Below the pieces are notes generated by a model. That model made no database searches, was not told the DNA's origin, and saw only the letters and a list, made by a program, of their open reading frames with translations. A program made the position numbers and the translations under genes. A stretch of DNA of 64,000 nucleotides. Origin: Psilocybe cubensis. Its lineage: Eukaryota. The first letter of the stretch is position 1, and every line of letters starts with the position of its first letter. Location of the stretch: assembly GCA_017499595.2 (NCBI GenBank), contig CM039002.1, forward strand, positions 1,550,001 to 1,614,000, given 5' to 3'. Positions 61,848 to 64,000 of the stretch are shown one piece after another.

Positions 61848-64000
61848 GTTAGTAGGAATATCCTTTAGAACTAGCCTTTAAGAACGTTTTTACAAGCATA
61901 TGAGTCTTGGACAATTTTTTGAGCTTGACAGGATTGAAAAAAGCAACGGCAGGATGACATGAAGTTGAACTTAACACGACAAGTTTGATTCCCACACTCA
62001 GTGCTTTTATTAGAACAATTAAGGAAAACGAAAGGCGTCATACTCTGATTATAAAGAGCAACAGGTCTTTTCGTAGCCATGACTGTTCTCTGATTGTTTG
62101 CGGAGAAGAAAAAACAGCATTGCGACTGTTCACCACGCTGTGTTTTAAGTGGAGGTTAATACATGCAACTATTGTCCAGAAGCTCAAACATGAAGAAGCA
62201 AAAGTCCTGTAAAAAATCCAAAGATTGACGATATTTAATCCATGAGGAAGAGGAATCCCTGCCAATATTATTGAACACGGGGTTTTTGTTGCATAGAGGA
62301 AGACTACGGCGGAACTCTTCCACCTGCTATCCATTTGTGTGTTTGAGTCTTTCGAGCTGGTCGAGAAAAGCAGTGCAATCTGCGTAGCTCGGATTCGTAG
62401 TTTGAAATCTTGCGCGTGTGACAGAGAAGATTTGTTTTGCAATCGCAGGATTCTACAGTCATCATGGTAATTTCGAGGTACGTGTACTAGTCTACTCGTC
62501 AATGACGGAGGAATTACTGACATGAGAGCGAATATCTCCCTTTGTCGCCAGTTGTGTGTTTTTCATTTGTAAACGAGGTCTTTATTTACCGGGCGCTTCT
62601 TATAAGGTTGCGATCATCATGGAAAACTAAATGGGCAAGCCTGATTCTTAACATACATTTCAAACTACGTTGCGCTTCACCAGGTCGGGAAATATATTTT
62701 ATTTACATGTTATTCTGCAAAGCAGTCTATTATTTCTTCAAGACCTATCTATATATATACGCTCAAAAATAGAACATGATTTCCTGCAAACTTCATGTTC
62801 GATTCTCAAGGTAGTTGGAAGCATGCTGCTGCTCCACGACCGGACTCATTAGATAGAAACTGACTGTGCAAATCATATTGGGCAGAATGCACTGCCATGT
62901 TTACAGTGTCATTCATTACGTCGTCACGGTGCCCTGCACAGTAGTTCGAGACTAGATGCTGGAAAGCAGTCTAATTTGCAAAGCAAAATAAGTTCAGAAG
63001 ATCGATACGAGGCCAGTAGCCAACGGCCATTTTAGCTCTTATCTTTCCGTTTCAATGGCCCAAATTTTTTTAATTCATTCACTACATGTTCAAACTCGTG
63101 CAATGGAATAAACAGTTCACTGCCTCTCGGATCACAAGACACAAGAGTAGGCTCCGAGTCGGAAGGATTCTCTGCACGACCATTCTTCTAGTTTACGGGG
63201 TACAAACATTTTCAGAGTCACTGCCTTCAAGTTATTTCATTGCTTTGGAATGAATCGTAGGAGCTTGACTCAAGGACTCTTCTGATAGAACAAGCGTTCA
63301 TTCAAACTCCAATTCATTTGAACGTTTTTAAAGTTGCAAGTTCTTCAAGAAATTTCAAGTTGATGCACGTTCATCGCATAGAATTAAAATCACGTTGGCT
63401 GAATTTGTACTTGATTCCTTGGCTGGCTTGGACAAACTAATGCGGGTTTACAGCGGTTTTCGTGATGTGTTATGGCTGTACTTCATTGCATTTCAGTCGA
63501 CTTCATGTTTGGCCAAGAATGACCTTTGACATACCTGGCTATTGCCAGGCTGAAAGGTTGTGGAAGACCGACGTGTCGTATCAAATGCAGTGTCTCCGTT
63601 CTATTGGATGACACGCACCAGCTGAGCTTGTTTGTATAGTCAGCTTCCATTTTCGAAGGCGAGAGAGCAATGCGTAATGTCTAATACAGCTTTTGCGGCT
63701 TTTCTAAAAGTCTTAAGAAGAATTTGAGGGCAATACGATGTACTGGCAAGCATGGTTAGAGTGGCAGCAAGCCATGAGGTAAACCGATTCCAAAAACACG
63801 GACAATGCACAAAACTAATGGACGTGACATGCTCCAGAAAATTCAGCCAGAGTCCTCGTGTAATTATATTCCATGGTCATATCTCCTGAAGGTTCCAAAA
63901 CTGCGGCACGGTCAAGGCTGTGCTCATTGATCTTGCCGCAAAAACGGACCGTGCAAATGCCCGTTATAGCCTCTATTTCGCTCATTCCCCAGTCCGTCTG

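Noticed and set aside
61900-64000. Possible decayed gene or transposon remnant at the window end
   Set aside because: Only short stop-riddled frames; no transposase or RT motif, terminal repeat or TSD identified

Overview
Eukaryotic, intron-rich fungal DNA. Short ~50-70 nt GT-AG introns, micro-exons and the gene repertoire point to an agaric basidiomycete; the species cannot be determined from the sequence alone. About 22 protein-coding loci are present: a Mim1-like protein (partial), two cytochrome-b5-fused acyl-CoA dehydrogenase paralogs, a TM-SH3 protein, a Rossmann-fold protein, a Ser/Thr-rich single-pass protein, a Zn2Cys6 transcription factor, a family III CoA-transferase/racemase, GH79, an SRPK-like pseudokinase, a secreted basic protein, three tandem SAM methyltransferases, an ABC1 kinase, an unknown protein, Vps51, an AT-hook/SANT protein, DUF1295, ERG3, a P450, RAE1 and PMC1. 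There is also an intron-containing tRNA-Arg(CCG). The most striking feature is a young-looking 1.5 kb retro-insertion (19128-20634) with a perfect 12-bp target-site duplication, a 33-A tail and a 3' hairpin. It carries a single intact LINE-ORF1-like gene that starts one base after the TSD and has no reverse transcriptase, so it is a candidate fungal 'half-LINE'. Other notable points: a 5-bp duplication that breaks the TF zinc cluster, a frameshifted third methyltransferase, and PTS1-tagged acyl-CoA enzymes close together. Gene models were spliced by eye, and family assignments come from motif recognition, not database searches.
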